DNA of 64,000 nucleotides from an uncultured Pseudomonadota bacterium (GCA_963843375.1 CAWJKT010000008.1:209568-273567), one strand, 5' to 3'; numbered from the stretch's first letter, positions 1 through 12,591 are shown. Notes: generated by a model from the sequence alone, not told the origin. Made by a program: numbers and translations.

Positions 1-412
1 TGGTTTCGGTCAGATAAGTACCCACACCAAAATTAATAAAAGCCGGCAAAATTGCCGACAGGGTTACCAATAACAACAACCAGAGACTGCTCGCTACTTG
101 GGGATATCCGAGCAATGGCTTTTCCTGCAATCCCGTATAGACCACCAAGCCCATTAAAGCCACGATCACAAAAAGAAAGAAACCCAAAAGACGGAAGGTT
201 GAGCGAATTTTTTCAAAAGTTCTCTCCAAACCCTCGGCGAATTCGGAAATGGTTTCTCCCGTTTGCTCAATAGTTTCCTTCCAACGATCATCCCACAGCA
301 ATATTTTTCGGCGAAGAATGACCCCAAACACCACGATCACAAAAGTAATGGACGAGGTTAAAAAAGTTAAAAATATAAAACCTAAAGCCGCTCCCATCGA
401 GTGATCCTGCAT
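1..412 (-). CDS. Hypothetical membrane protein, 3' end runs off the window
   Basis: Own translation from ATG 412 (AAAGGA upstream): MQDHSMGAALGFIFLTFLTSSITFVIVVFGVIL..., three hydrophobic segments, open to position 1. Not in the ORF track. Confidence 0.7.
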   Translation of the reverse strand, partial: MQDHSMGAALGFIFLTFLTSSITFVIVVFGVILRRKILLWDDRWKETIEQTGETISEFAEGLERTFEKIRSTFRLLGFFLFVIVALMGLVVYTGLQEKPLLGYPQVASSLWLLLLVTLSAILPAFINFGVGTYLTET

Positions 413-437
413 GTCGTCATCCTTTCAAATCATGTTA

Positions 438-1106
438 TCAGGAATGTGTTAATTGTACCGTCGCGTCCAAAAGTTCCAATAATCTCTGTTTCACTTCATT
501 CCATTGCGTCCCGCCATCGCCGCTTTGCTTGGACTGCTGCCAGACCATAACCAATTGGGTCAGGATCTTATCTCCTTCGGCGATTAAAGCCATCCGAATA
601 GCCAAGTGGCGGTTTTCTTCTTCTTGTTCAAGTTCTTCCTTCAACCGTTGGGTAATCTGGTTTTGAGCCTCAAGGCTAACCTCCGCCGCCTGAAGCGTGG
701 ACCTAATCTCCCCTTCCAGCTTTTGCCGGATGGAAGCCTCAAGAACTTTAAACATCTCATTTTGATCCGAGGCCATGGTAATGGTGGCAACCGGCGCGGT
801 CGCCGCCACTGGTGCAGCCGGGGGAGCAAATTCCTTCCATTCTTCTTCCGATGCCAGCTCGGTCTTGATGCCCTTACTATCCCTAAAGATCATGGGCATG
901 AACTCAAGTATTTTATCATGATAAACTTTTAGTCCAACTTCCATTTCCTTCAAATCATCGACGTTTTGAGCGTAAACCACCAAGTTATATTTTGTTAGTT
1001 CTTTGACTCGGGCGGCTTTGAGATGGTCGTAGAGGCGCGGTTCCCGGACTTGGAGGAGCTTACAAAACGCTTCCCATTGATTTTGGACTTCAACTGCGGC
1101 GGCCAT
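438..1106 (-). CDS. Hypothetical protein: globular N-domain, Ala/Pro linker, coiled-coil C-terminus
   Basis: 222-aa ORF with GGGAG RBS; APPAAPVAATAPVA linker; Glu/Gln/Leu-rich helical C-half. Confidence 0.75.
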   Translation of the reverse strand: MAAAVEVQNQWEAFCKLLQVREPRLYDHLKAARVKELTKYNLVVYAQNVDDLKEMEVGLKVYHDKILEFMPMIFRDSKGIKTELASEEEWKEFAPPAAPVAATAPVATITMASDQNEMFKVLEASIRQKLEGEIRSTLQAAEVSLEAQNQITQRLKEELEQEEENRHLAIRMALIAEGDKILTQLVMVWQQSKQSGDGGTQWNEVKQRLLELLDATVQLTHS

Positions 1107-2671
1107 AGGGGCTCCCGTTGATTTTCTCTTAATTGCCGCAATAAACGCGGAAGATAGGGTAAAAGATCCCCCGCCAGTAATCCATCGGGGCCCAACCTCC
1201 GGCTGGCTTTTTCGCCCGCCAAACCGTGAAGGTACACCCCAGTCGTCGCTGCGTCAAAGGGCGAAAGACGCTGGGCCAAGAGACCACCGATGATTCCGGA
1301 CAAAACATCCCCGGTGCCGCCGGTCGCCAGTCCACGGTTCCCGGTGGGGTTGATTCGAACCTCTCCCTGAGGATTGGCAATAACAGTGAATCTACCTTTT
1401 AAAACAACGGTCACATTATAGCCTTGGGCTATATGCTTCGCAACTTTAACGCGGTTTTGTTCAACGTCGTTTATCGTCGTTTTCAACAGCCAGGCGGCTT
1501 CCCCCGGATGGGGCGTTAATATCGCGGGAGCTCTTAAAGCTTTAAAGATGTCCAATTGGGCTCCCAGCAGGTGGAGGGCGTCTGCGTCAACCACCATGGG
1601 AACGGTCAATTTGGTTAAAAGTTCCCTCAAGAGTTGGCCCGTCTCGCGGTGACGGCCGATTCCGGGGCCGATCACAATCGAATTCACGTTGGTCGTAAGA
1701 TGGAGTATCCTTCCGGTGGCTTTCAAGGAAAGAAAACCTCCCTCCACCTCTGGAACCGGAGCGGTCATGGGCTCGGTGAGTTTTACAGCCATAATCGGAA
1801 TTAAGCTTTCCGGACAAGCCACGGTCACCAATCCCGCGCCGATTCTCTGAGCGCCATAGGCGCTCAAAGCCGCCGCACCTGTCAAGCCTGTGGCGCCAGC
1901 CACAATCACGACCCGTCCACGAGTTCCCTTATGGGTATTCTCGTCATACTTCGGTAGCGACTTTTGCACCGTGGAAAGATCTGTGATTTCATGTTTCAAG
2001 AAGGAATTGCTCAGGAGAACTTCCGGAAAGCCGATGTTGTCCACCAAAACTCGACCCGTATAGGTGGCGCCGATGGGAGTATAAAACCCCAGCTTGGCCA
2101 GGCCGAAAGTGACTGTCAATTGAGCGGGCAAGACTTCTCCTATAGGTGTACCGGAGTTGGCGGAAAGCCCTGAAGGGATATCCACAGCCACGATGGGTTT
2201 TCCCATCGTTTTCACCGTTTGTACCAATTCCCGGCAGACTCCATCCATCGGCCGGGAAAGACCCGTGCCAAATAAAGCGTCCAATAAGAGATCGCATTCT
2301 TCCAATGCCAAGCGAACGGGTTTCAAACCATCGGAATTCGTTAAAGAAATGAGGGGGACTTTGGCCGCCTTGGCTTTTTGATATTGTTTAAGGGGTTCAC
2401 CCGAGAGGTTCTCCGCCTCGCACAAAAGTATTACCACCACACTGGCTTTTTTTTGCTTCAAGAGACGGGCAGCGACAAGCCCATCTCCTCCGTTATTTCC
2501 TTTTCCGCAAAGGACTCCAATGGTTTTATCCTCCAAATCGCCCCAAGTTTCTTCCAGGACCTTTACCACGGCGCTTCCGGCTTTTTCCATGAGGCCGGAA
2601 ATGGTTTGACCTTGTTCCCTAACCGCCAATTCATCGATTTTTCGCATGTCTTCCGCCGTGGCTAATTTCAT
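995..2671 (-). CDS. nnr: Bifunctional NAD(P)H-hydrate epimerase/dehydratase (YjeF)
   Basis: GKGNNGGDG, DALFGTG, HKGTRG, TPHPGEA and GGTGDVLSG motifs; near acpS. The 3' end overlaps the next gene by 112 bp, so the true stop may be earlier. Confidence 0.95.
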   Translation of the reverse strand: MKLATAEDMRKIDELAVREQGQTISGLMEKAGSAVVKVLEETWGDLEDKTIGVLCGKGNNGGDGLVAARLLKQKKASVVVILLCEAENLSGEPLKQYQKAKAAKVPLISLTNSDGLKPVRLALEECDLLLDALFGTGLSRPMDGVCRELVQTVKTMGKPIVAVDIPSGLSANSGTPIGEVLPAQLTVTFGLAKLGFYTPIGATYTGRVLVDNIGFPEVLLSNSFLKHEITDLSTVQKSLPKYDENTHKGTRGRVVIVAGATGLTGAAALSAYGAQRIGAGLVTVACPESLIPIMAVKLTEPMTAPVPEVEGGFLSLKATGRILHLTTNVNSIVIGPGIGRHRETGQLLRELLTKLTVPMVVDADALHLLGAQLDIFKALRAPAILTPHPGEAAWLLKTTINDVEQNRVKVAKHIAQGYNVTVVLKGRFTVIANPQGEVRINPTGNRGLATGGTGDVLSGIIGGLLAQRLSPFDAATTGVYLHGLAGEKASRRLGPDGLLAGDLLPYLPRLLRQLRENQREPLWPPQLKSKINGKRFVSSSKSGNRASTTISKPPESKN

Positions 2672-4191
2672 TTCGGGTTTCCTTTCCCCATTTTCGGAAT
2701 GAGATAAACCCGACTTCTGAAAAATTGGGCCACAAACCGGTAAGCGGCCGAAGCGGTGCGGTTTTGAAGACTAGGGTCCTCCATGACATCGGTTAAAAGA
2801 GGGACGACCAAACTTTGATCCTCATGAAGAGCCTCGGCCCCATAGTCTTCCACTAAATGATGATCCACATTATTAAGACGGGGAATATAAAAACTATGCA
2901 GGACGACATAGTCGCCAGGCTTGGGTTTGAATTGGGTGTTTTCCACTAGATAAGGCATCAAGATCACTTTCCGCCCTGACCAATATTGGGTTTTGGGAAC
3001 CTCATCCGAATATATGACCGCGTCCGAAGGAAGCGTTTTGAGGAATTCCGAAGAACGTTTAATATCCCCAAATGAGTCATTTTGGCTGATAAGAACGGCC
3101 GCCGAATAAAGGAACAGCCAAGAAAGACAGAGCGTTAAGAGCCCATTCTTCATGAACATCACCCGCACCACCCCGGAGCTTTTATCCAGGCTTTCAAAAA
3201 AGGTTTCCAGGTGAAATCCGGCGGCCAAAAGCAGTAAAGGCAAAAACGGCATCATATGCCGGTCCTGGTAAGTGGCGGGAATAAGGCGGGAAATAAAAAC
3301 CAGGACGTAGATTTGAAGGATAACTTTTTTAAAAGCTTCCCCCTCCAGTCCTGGACGCCTCACCATCTTGGCCAAGCCAAGAATCGCGAACCAAAAAACC
3401 AGAGGCGTGAAGACATACAAAGGCTGCGACAGGTAAGCGTAAAAATGGTCGATAAAATTCATGAAAGGGAACATTATCCGACCCGGCCCCTCGGTAAGCC
3501 CCATCCCTTCCCGATAAGCCAAAAGAAGGAGCATCAGTTTTTGACTTAAAAAATAAACAGGCGCGGACCAAATCAATATCAAACCCACACCTCTTTTCCA
3601 AAGGCCGTCTTTGGAAAGCCCGATTCCCAAAACCAAAATCCAGGGAAGCAAAAGAATTCCCTCGGGGCGGGTTAAGACAGCAACCGCTCCAGCGATGCAG
3701 GCTCCCCACCAGGCTTCCTGGCTTTTATGGACATAAACCACGGTGAGTCTTTCCAAACACCACCAAAAGGCCGCCAAAAAAAGAGTGTCCGGCATGACCT
3801 TCAAGGACCATTGCCAAAGCAAGGGTGAGAATAAGGCCATTGAACAAATGATCCCCGCCATTTCCATCGGCACCCAACGTCGGGCCAATTTCCACAAAGG
3901 GATTAAAAAGAAAAGTCCTGCCAAAGAAGAAAGAATTCGTCCCCAAAGCCAGCCGGCAAAGCCCAATTGCTCTCCCACCCATAAAAGGGCGGGATATCCC
4001 GGCATGATGACAAAGCGGGGAGTTTGAACCAAATCGGGTGAAAAATAAGTCAAGCTTAACACCCCGTCGGTGGTTTCAGCCGAGGCCAGTTTAAGCATTG
4101 GAACGCGAACCAGTAACCCGATGAAAACCAGGAACCAGAACCATTGGGTTTCGGTCAATTGTCGGGGCCTTAATGATCTGGTTTCGGTCAT
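2668..4191 (-). CDS. GT-C fold (ArnT/PMT-like) membrane glycosyltransferase
   Basis: Many TM segments, acidic first loop (ETTDG), PGYP, LTRPEG, DRHMMP; 4-bp overlaps with both neighbours. Confidence 0.7.
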   Translation of the reverse strand: MTETRSLRPRQLTETQWFWFLVFIGLLVRVPMLKLASAETTDGVLSLTYFSPDLVQTPRFVIMPGYPALLWVGEQLGFAGWLWGRILSSLAGLFFLIPLWKLARRWVPMEMAGIICSMALFSPLLWQWSLKVMPDTLFLAAFWWCLERLTVVYVHKSQEAWWGACIAGAVAVLTRPEGILLLPWILVLGIGLSKDGLWKRGVGLILIWSAPVYFLSQKLMLLLLAYREGMGLTEGPGRIMFPFMNFIDHFYAYLSQPLYVFTPLVFWFAILGLAKMVRRPGLEGEAFKKVILQIYVLVFISRLIPATYQDRHMMPFLPLLLLAAGFHLETFFESLDKSSGVVRVMFMKNGLLTLCLSWLFLYSAAVLISQNDSFGDIKRSSEFLKTLPSDAVIYSDEVPKTQYWSGRKVILMPYLVENTQFKPKPGDYVVLHSFYIPRLNNVDHHLVEDYGAEALHEDQSLVVPLLTDVMEDPSLQNRTASAAYRFVAQFFRSRVYLIPKMGKGNPK

Positions 4192-4586
4192 TTTTTCTTT
4201 CTGATTTGAGAGGATTCAAAAATCACAGTGGCGGTTGCGTCCCGTTTGCTGTGGGCGATGGTCAAATGCATTCGGTCGATTTTTCGCTGGGATCTTAACT
4301 TTTCCATGATGCCTGTCAATTTCAGCGTAGGCTTACCGGAAATTTCTCGAACCACTTCTATTTGTGTCCACTTCCATCGTCCCCCGAAACCATGACTGAA
4401 AGCTTTAATGACCGCTTCTTTCGCGGCGAAACGTCCGGCCAAGGAGGGATAAGGATCACTTTTACGGAGGCAATACTCGGATTCGCCACGAGTGAAAAGG
4501 CGCTCAATGAAGCGCTGGCCATGTTTCAAATGGGCCTGTTTCACCCGCTCAATTTCAATTAAATCCACACCCAATCCCACAATCAT
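4188..4586 (-). CDS. acpS: Holo-[acyl-carrier-protein] synthase
   Basis: GLGVDLIEIER, AGRFAAKEA, GKP and HLTIAH motifs. Confidence 0.95.
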   Translation of the reverse strand: MIVGLGVDLIEIERVKQAHLKHGQRFIERLFTRGESEYCLRKSDPYPSLAGRFAAKEAVIKAFSHGFGGRWKWTQIEVVREISGKPTLKLTGIMEKLRSQRKIDRMHLTIAHSKRDATATVIFESSQIRKKK

Positions 4587-4653
4587 GTTGCATACCCTTT
4601 TACGACAAGAACAATGACCCCATTTTATCTTTACGAAGGATTCAAATCCAAGG

Positions 4654-4992
4654 TTACATTTGGGAAGAAGGGTATTTCACCCATATCTTACCGTTTTCGA
4701 TCTTAACCTCATATACGGCAATTCGGTCATCCGAAATGCCTTTGGTGGCTTTTCCGGTGGCCAAGTCGAAAGTCCATTGGTGTAGGGGGCAGACGACGCA
4801 GTTGCCGTACAGGGTTCCCCTGCCCAAATAGCCCCCCACATGGGGGCAATCATTATCAATGGCGTAGACTTTTCCGTACCTTTTGACGACTGCGATTCGA
4901 TGGCCTTTGATATTCACGATCTCCATGCTGTTGTCGGCCAGGGTGGTTTCAGTGAGCACTTCATGAAAAGAAGAAGGAATATCGGAATTCAC
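4654..4992 (-). CDS. Rieske [2Fe-2S] ferredoxin (NirD-like)
   Basis: CPH...CPLHQWTFDLATG Rieske motif. Confidence 0.9.
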   Translation of the reverse strand: MNSDIPSSFHEVLTETTLADNSMEIVNIKGHRIAVVKRYGKVYAIDNDCPHVGGYLGRGTLYGNCVVCPLHQWTFDLATGKATKGISDDRIAVYEVKIENGKIWVKYPSSQM

Positions 4993-5015
4993 ATGCGGCT
5001 CCAGGAAGAGCAGTC

Positions 5016-5432
5016 TTATTTTTTGAGGGCTTGAGCTTCTTCGACAACCTTCAAACGAGCTTCGGCGCGGGCGAGGGCAAGCCGGGCGGCATTGAGATCC
5101 GTGCCTTCTTTTTTAGCTGTCAACAAGTCTTCGGCTAATTTCTTATTTTTGCGGGTTTCTTCCACGTCAATCATGTCAGCTTTCACATATTCCTCCGCTA
5201 ATACAATTACCGAAGAAGCGTTTACTTCCACGAAGCCCCCAGCCACGAAATAAAGCTCCCTTTCCTGGCCTTTGATAATACGTAGAGTTCCTGGTTTGAG
5301 CGCGGACAAAAGGGACATATGGCCGGCCATAACCCCGAACTCCCCAACTTCTCCGGGAAGAACCGCCAGACTCACTTCCTCCGTGATCGCGGGCGCATCG
5401 GGGGCAACGACTTGAAATTTGAATGTCTTCAT
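5016..5432 (-). CDS. atpC: F1Fo ATP synthase epsilon subunit
   Basis: GEFGVMAGH, GGFVEV, C-terminal LARAEARL; last gene of the atp cluster. Confidence 0.97.
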   Translation of the reverse strand: MKTFKFQVVAPDAPAITEEVSLAVLPGEVGEFGVMAGHMSLLSALKPGTLRIIKGQERELYFVAGGFVEVNASSVIVLAEEYVKADMIDVEETRKNKKLAEDLLTAKKEGTDLNAARLALARAEARLKVVEEAQALKK

Positions 5433-5452
5433 AAAACCTCGTAAGAACCGGA

Positions 5453-7774
<2,322 letters not shown>

Positions 7775-7828
7775 GGATTACCTTATTCCAGTCCCAGCTC
7801 TTCGCGCTGGCTTCGGGCGAGCCGCTTC

Positions 7829-9340
7829 TTAGTAATAACTTTTTGCGTATTCGGTGATGGCCGCCGACAACTTCGCCTTGGTTTCCTCCGTCAAGTCGCC
7901 CTTTTCTTTAATGTCCTTTAAGATGTCCGGGTTCTTGGCTTTCAAGTGGGACAAGAGACCCGTTTCAAAAGCTTTCACTTTATCCACCGGCAAGGGATCC
8001 AGGAAACCATTGTTTCCAGCGAAAATAGAAGCCACTTGGTCTTCCATTTCCATAGGCGCGTATTGGGGCTGTTTCAACAGTTCCACCAAGCGAGCTCCCC
8101 GGTTTAATTGGGCCATGGAGGCTTTGTCCAACTCGGCTCCAAATTGGGCAAAAGCGGCCAGTTCGTTATATTGGGCCATGTCTAATTTCAATTTCCCGGC
8201 AACCTTTTTAGTGGCCTTGGTTTGGGCATTGCCGCCGACGCGGGAAACGGAGATACCTACGTTGATAGCCGGACGGATGCCCGAATTGAAAAGGTTGGAT
8301 TCAAGAAAGATTTGCCCATCGGTGATGGAAATAACGTTAGTGGGGATATAAGCCGTCACGTCTCCGGCCTGAGTTTCGATGATGGGAAGGGCCGTGAGCG
8401 ATCCTCCTCCCAGCTTGTCGTTTAGTTTGCAAGCCCTTTCCAACAAACGGGAATGAAGGTAAAACACGTCGCCCGGATAAGCCTCGCGGCCCGGCGGGCG
8501 GCGGAGCAAAAGGGACAACTCACGATAGGCGACGGCCTGCTTGGACAAATCGTCATAAACGATCAAGGCATGACCACCGTTATAAGTGAATTCCTCTGCC
8601 ACGGCGCATCCAGCGTAAGGGGCGATGTATTGGAGGGGAGCGGGGTCGGAAGCGGTGGCGGAAACAATGATGCAATAATTCAAAGCATCATGTTCTTCCA
8701 AGGTGCGGATGATTTGTGCCACGGTGGATTGCTTTTGTCCGATGGCCACGTAGACACATATCACATTCTTTCCCTTGAGATTCAAAATCGCATCGATGGC
8801 TACCGCGGTTTTCCCCGTCTGCCTATCGCCGATGATCAATTCCCTCTGTCCCCGGCCAATGGGGATCATACAATCGATGGCCTTGATGCCCGTGTGAAGG
8901 GGCTGCTTGACCGGTTGACGCTCGATAACGCCTGGCGCACGGATTTCAAGACGGCGGGTATGGGAGGCCTTCAAGGGGCCTTTGCCGTCCAAAGGCTGCC
9001 CCAGCGGATTGACCACCCGGCCCAAAAGTTCCTTTCCGGTTGGAATCTCCGCGATACGCCCCGTCAAATGAACCGGATCGCCCTCTTTGACTTTCGTTGT
9101 GTCTCCCATCAAAACCGCTCCGACCGAATCGGTTTCCAGGTTGAAGGCGATGCCGTAAACCTCGTTAGGGAATTTGAGCAATTCTCCGGCCATGGCGTTT
9201 TTGAGTCCGTAAATGACCGCCACTCCATCGCCCACTTTGAGAACCTCGCCCAATTGGGCCAGTTCCGCCTCGGGCTTAAATTCTTCGATTCGGGATTTTA
9301 GGATCTTGGTTACTTCATCCGCTTGAAGGGCCACTTCCAT
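7829..9340 (-). CDS. atpA: F1Fo ATP synthase alpha subunit
   Basis: GDRQTGKT and [21 protein letters not shown]. Confidence 0.99.
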   Translation of the reverse strand: MEVALQADEVTKILKSRIEEFKPEAELAQLGEVLKVGDGVAVIYGLKNAMAGELLKFPNEVYGIAFNLETDSVGAVLMGDTTKVKEGDPVHLTGRIAEIPTGKELLGRVVNPLGQPLDGKGPLKASHTRRLEIRAPGVIERQPVKQPLHTGIKAIDCMIPIGRGQRELIIGDRQTGKTAVAIDAILNLKGKNVICVYVAIGQKQSTVAQIIRTLEEHDALNYCIIVSATASDPAPLQYIAPYAGCAVAEEFTYNGGHALIVYDDLSKQAVAYRELSLLLRRPPGREAYPGDVFYLHSRLLERACKLNDKLGGGSLTALPIIETQAGDVTAYIPTNVISITDGQIFLESNLFNSGIRPAINVGISVSRVGGNAQTKATKKVAGKLKLDMAQYNELAAFAQFGAELDKASMAQLNRGARLVELLKQPQYAPMEMEDQVASIFAGNNGFLDPLPVDKVKAFETGLLSHLKAKNPDILKDIKEKGDLTEETKAKLSAAITEYAKSYY

Positions 9341-9349
9341 CCTCCGGTT

Positions 9350-9895
9350 TTATTCTATTTCCACTTTCAACAAACGTTGTTTCATGCGTTCCAACTGGCC
9401 CAAGACGCTTCCATCCATGCGCTGGTCGCCCAAGTAAATCATCATTCCGCCGATTAAGTCCGGCTTCACTTCTTCTTTTAACTCCACTACTACCCCGAAC
9501 ATTTGGGACAATTTTTCGGTCAATGTCCTTTTTTGGTCGGCAACTAATGGCAGCGCTGTCAAAACTCGGGCGATGGCTTTGCCCTTCATTTGATAAAGAA
9601 GACGCTCGTAATGGTCCGCCACGGCTTTCAGATGCTTGATGCGTTTTTTCATGATCAGGAGCATGAGAAAATTTTCCATTGTGGCGGAAAGCTTTTCGCC
9701 CAAAAAACCCCTGAGCGCCTCCAACTTCTCCCCTGTTTTAATCCGGGGATGCTCCAAGGTTTTTTTGAGCTCGGGGTTTTGCTCTACCAGTTTTTGGATC
9801 AATTGGATTTCAGCGCCGATGGCATCCACCGTTTTTTGTTCCTGTGCCACCTGCAAGAGCGCCACCGCATACTTTTCAGCTATAACTGTTTCCAT
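9350..9895 (-). CDS. atpH: F1Fo ATP synthase delta subunit
   Basis: YAVAL and LIGG...DGSV...L motifs; ATG 9895 follows GAGGGG. Confidence 0.95.
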   Translation of the reverse strand: METVIAEKYAVALLQVAQEQKTVDAIGAEIQLIQKLVEQNPELKKTLEHPRIKTGEKLEALRGFLGEKLSATMENFLMLLIMKKRIKHLKAVADHYERLLYQMKGKAIARVLTALPLVADQKRTLTEKLSQMFGVVVELKEEVKPDLIGGMMIYLGDQRMDGSVLGQLERMKQRLLKVEIE

Positions 9896-9928
9896 ATTCC
9901 CCCTCACAACGGCTTAAGATTGAATCGC

Positions 9929-10417
9929 CTAGTTCTTTCGGCCGCTCAATTCCTTGACGCTTTCCTGGACCAGTCTTTCCTGTGCTTTTGCGTCCACAGA
10001 GGACCGGAGTATTTTTTCGGCGATCGCGACCGCCATATTCCCCACTTCTTTTTGAAGGGATTGGGTCACCGCCAAGCGCTCGCTTTCGATGGCCTTCCGG
10101 GCTTCAGCCAGGATCAATTCGGCTTCTTTGCGAGCGACTTGGATGACTTCATCCCGGGAATGGGCCGCGTCTTGACGGGATCTTTGCAAAATATCGGCGA
10201 TATTTTGCTCCAATTCTTTTACTTTTTTTTCAAAATCCGCCTTTAGGACCTCCGCTTCCTTTTGACGCTTTTCTGCGGTGGTCAATTGGTCTTCAATCCT
10301 TTTTTGTCGGCTATCCATCCAACCCTTCAATTGCGGAAGGAAGATTTTGGAAGACAGCCACATTCCCACGAGGAAAGTCGCCAACTGCAAGAGAAATACA
10401 TTCAGGTTAAATTCCAT
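9929..10417 (-). CDS. atpF: F1Fo ATP synthase b subunit
   Basis: N-terminal TM plus long charged helix, AEKIL; lies between atpE and atpH. Confidence 0.95.
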   Translation of the reverse strand: MEFNLNVFLLQLATFLVGMWLSSKIFLPQLKGWMDSRQKRIEDQLTTAEKRQKEAEVLKADFEKKVKELEQNIADILQRSRQDAAHSRDEVIQVARKEAELILAEARKAIESERLAVTQSLQKEVGNMAVAIAEKILRSSVDAKAQERLVQESVKELSGRKN

Positions 10418-10487
10418 GACTTATCTTTTCCTCAAGTTCAAATATACCGGGGATTTTAAGCTCCAGGCAAAATGGCAGTAAAATTCT

Positions 10488-10841
10488 TCAGTTAATGAAC
10501 AGATCCTTAAAGGGATTCGCATAAATCAAAATCATGGCCACGGCCAAGGCATAGATACAAAGGGATTCGATAAATGCCAAGCCGATGAACATGTTGGTCT
10601 GGATGGTATTCACCATCTCCGGCTGGCGGGCCATGGCTTCCAGGGCTTTGCCGACTGCCGTTCCTTGCCCAATTCCTGCACCAATAGCTCCTAATCCGAT
10701 TGCCAATCCGGCTCCCAAGACGGTCATACCGAAAAACCAAACGCTTCCATCGGCGGCTTTTCCTGCTTGTCCCGCCCAAACCGCACCATTTATCGTCAGG
10801 AAAACAACCGTCAAGGCCAACAACGTCAAAAACTTTCTCAT
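10488..10841 (-). CDS. atpE: F1Fo ATP synthase c subunit with signal-peptide-like extension
   Basis: Gly-rich helix, ARQPE loop, IESLCIY. Confidence 0.97.
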   Translation of the reverse strand: MRKFLTLLALTVVFLTINGAVWAGQAGKAADGSVWFFGMTVLGAGLAIGLGAIGAGIGQGTAVGKALEAMARQPEMVNTIQTNMFIGLAFIESLCIYALAVAMILIYANPFKDLFIN

Positions 10842-10930
10842 CTTCGTCTCCTTAAAATGGTTTCACGAATCCCCAAAGGCAAGCGGGGGCAAGCCTAGGA
10901 GGAATTCCGCTTGCGCGGAAACGTCGTCTG

Positions 10931-11758
10931 TCAATCGTTGGCGAGAATACCCTCTTGGTTCGCTTCACCATGTTCCTCGTGTTCCTGTATAGCTGACCCA
11001 ATGTAAACCATTGAAAGAAACATAAAAACAAAACCCTGCATAAACGAAACAAAAACCCCCAAAACAATGATCAAAAACCGCAAAATAAATGGAAACACCA
11101 CAAAGGCCTTGGACATCGGAGTGAGGTTCCACAAGATCATGACGAGAAGAATGGAAACCCCAAGGATTTTTTCCTTTCCCATCATGTTTCCAAACAACCG
11201 CAAGGTAAGAGAAACCGGTTTAACGAGTTCCCCCACTAAGTGGATAGCCGGCATCATGATCAGGAGTCCCAGTGAAATGACGCGAACCATGATTTTGAGC
11301 CAAAGTGGGGAATGAGGATCCACCGAAATAGGGGGGGGGAGATAATGGGATAGGTATTTCCCCAATCCTTTTTCTTTTATTCCAAAATAATGGGTGGAAA
11401 GAAAAACAATCAGAGCCATGCCTACATTAACGTCCACCCGGCTCGTCGGCGACATTGAACCCGGGATAAGTCCCATTAAATTCGAAAAAAAGATGAAAAG
11501 AAAAAGATAAAAAAAGAGGGGAAAAAAGAAAGGTGCGTGCTTGCCTACCTGCGGTTCGGCCATGCTTTGGACAAAATCCACCACCATCTCAAAAAAATTC
11601 TGAAGACCCACCGGCACCAATTTCATGTTACGACAGGCCAACCCCAGCAGAATAATTAAAAGAAGCGAAACAAACCAGGAAACCGTCAAAGCGTTGATGG
11701 CGTTATCCAACCCCAGGAAATGAAATGGAATAAAAATAGGGCTTTCGGCTGACTCCAT
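10931..11758 (-). CDS. atpB: F1Fo ATP synthase a subunit
   Basis: QNFFE, NLMGLIP, SLTLRLFGN, QGFVF. Confidence 0.97.
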   Translation of the reverse strand: MESAESPIFIPFHFLGLDNAINALTVSWFVSLLLIILLGLACRNMKLVPVGLQNFFEMVVDFVQSMAEPQVGKHAPFFFPLFFYLFLFIFFSNLMGLIPGSMSPTSRVDVNVGMALIVFLSTHYFGIKEKGLGKYLSHYLPPPISVDPHSPLWLKIMVRVISLGLLIMMPAIHLVGELVKPVSLTLRLFGNMMGKEKILGVSILLVMILWNLTPMSKAFVVFPFILRFLIIVLGVFVSFMQGFVFMFLSMVYIGSAIQEHEEHGEANQEGILAND

Positions 11759-11865
11759 AACAGAAACCTTTCGTTGGTCATTCGACTTCTTTGTGGGATG
11801 AGGGATAGGTGTTCGAAAGATGCTTTAACGAAAAAACTTTATAAAAAGCTTCCCAAAGCGGGGGT

Positions 11866-11894
11866 AGTCTAATGATTTCCCCAAGAATGGTCAA
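11866..11894 (-). promoter_or_regulatory. sigma70-type promoter upstream of atpB
   Basis: Minus strand TTGACC-N17-TAGACT in the atpI-atpB gap. Confidence 0.6.
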
Positions 11895-11920
11895 CCCTCG
11901 TCAAAACAAAAAATATTTTT

Positions 11921-12355
11921 TCATACCGGTTTTACAAAGTTTTTAGAGGAGAAAGCGAATCGCCATTGGGCCAAACCCAAAACCAACAAAAACCAAAGAT
12001 AACTTCCAACCGCCGCAAGGAGGCAAGCAGGGGAAACGAGTAAAAGAACTCGACAAGCGGCCACCAAAGTCAGCCAACGAATAATGTTCCAAAACCAAAA
12101 TAACTTCCGGCCTTTTTCCCCCAACTTTAGGACTTTTCCTGTCAACGATTGCAAGGCATAAAGATTGAGGGTGGAAAGAAGGCTTCCAAGAAAGATACCT
12201 ATAGCAAGTTCCTGCTTTTGAAGAAAAAAAAACACAAGGGAACCGGCCACCCCTCCAAAAAGGTTAACCACCACGACAAATCCCATCCAATTGATCATTG
12301 GATGAGAATGCCGATTAGGTTTTATTTTAGATCGGTTCAAGTTTGGTGAAGTCAT
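11921..12355 (-). CDS. atpI: ATP synthase protein I (4 TM)
   Basis: Four hydrophobic helices, G..LG...S.LN pattern, position upstream of atpB. Confidence 0.8.
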   Translation of the reverse strand: MTSPNLNRSKIKPNRHSHPMINWMGFVVVVNLFGGVAGSLVFFFLQKQELAIGIFLGSLLSTLNLYALQSLTGKVLKLGEKGRKLFWFWNIIRWLTLVAACRVLLLVSPACLLAAVGSYLWFLLVLGLAQWRFAFSSKNFVKPV

Positions 12356-12591
12356 CGGGAGGGGGGGGGTCTTGAAGTGCCCCCCAGTGCTTTTAGGTCC
12401 TCAAATAAAAGAAAATAACTTGTCAAAACCCCGAATAAAAAACCTACCATCATAATCCAATCGCCCAGGTGAAAAAATCTTTTTAACAACCAGCCAAGTC
12501 CCATACCAGCGAAAGTACACAAGACAAAATTTATTCCAAGGGTGGAGAGTCGTAAGAGATTGGCGCCGGTGGATAGTTTTCCCTTGTCCAT
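12352..12591 (-). CDS. AtpZ/AtpI-family small membrane protein (ATPase gene 1)
   Basis: Two TMs with LG....G...GW.L pattern; first gene of the atp cluster. Confidence 0.8.
   Translation of the reverse strand: MDKGKLSTGANLLRLSTLGINFVLCTFAGMGLGWLLKRFFHLGDWIMMVGFLFGVLTSYFLLFEDLKALGGTSRPPPSR

Noticed and set aside
995..1131. Genuine C-terminal extension of Nnr overlapping the next gene
   Set aside because: A TAA at 1129-1131 in another frame sits where the family normally ends; with this indel rate the extension is unreliable.
8453..9301. Long plus-strand ORFs opposite atpA, the pumps, SurA and mfd (e.g. 47829-48896, 51016-52011)
   Set aside because: Antisense shadows of well-supported genes, with no motifs or RBS.
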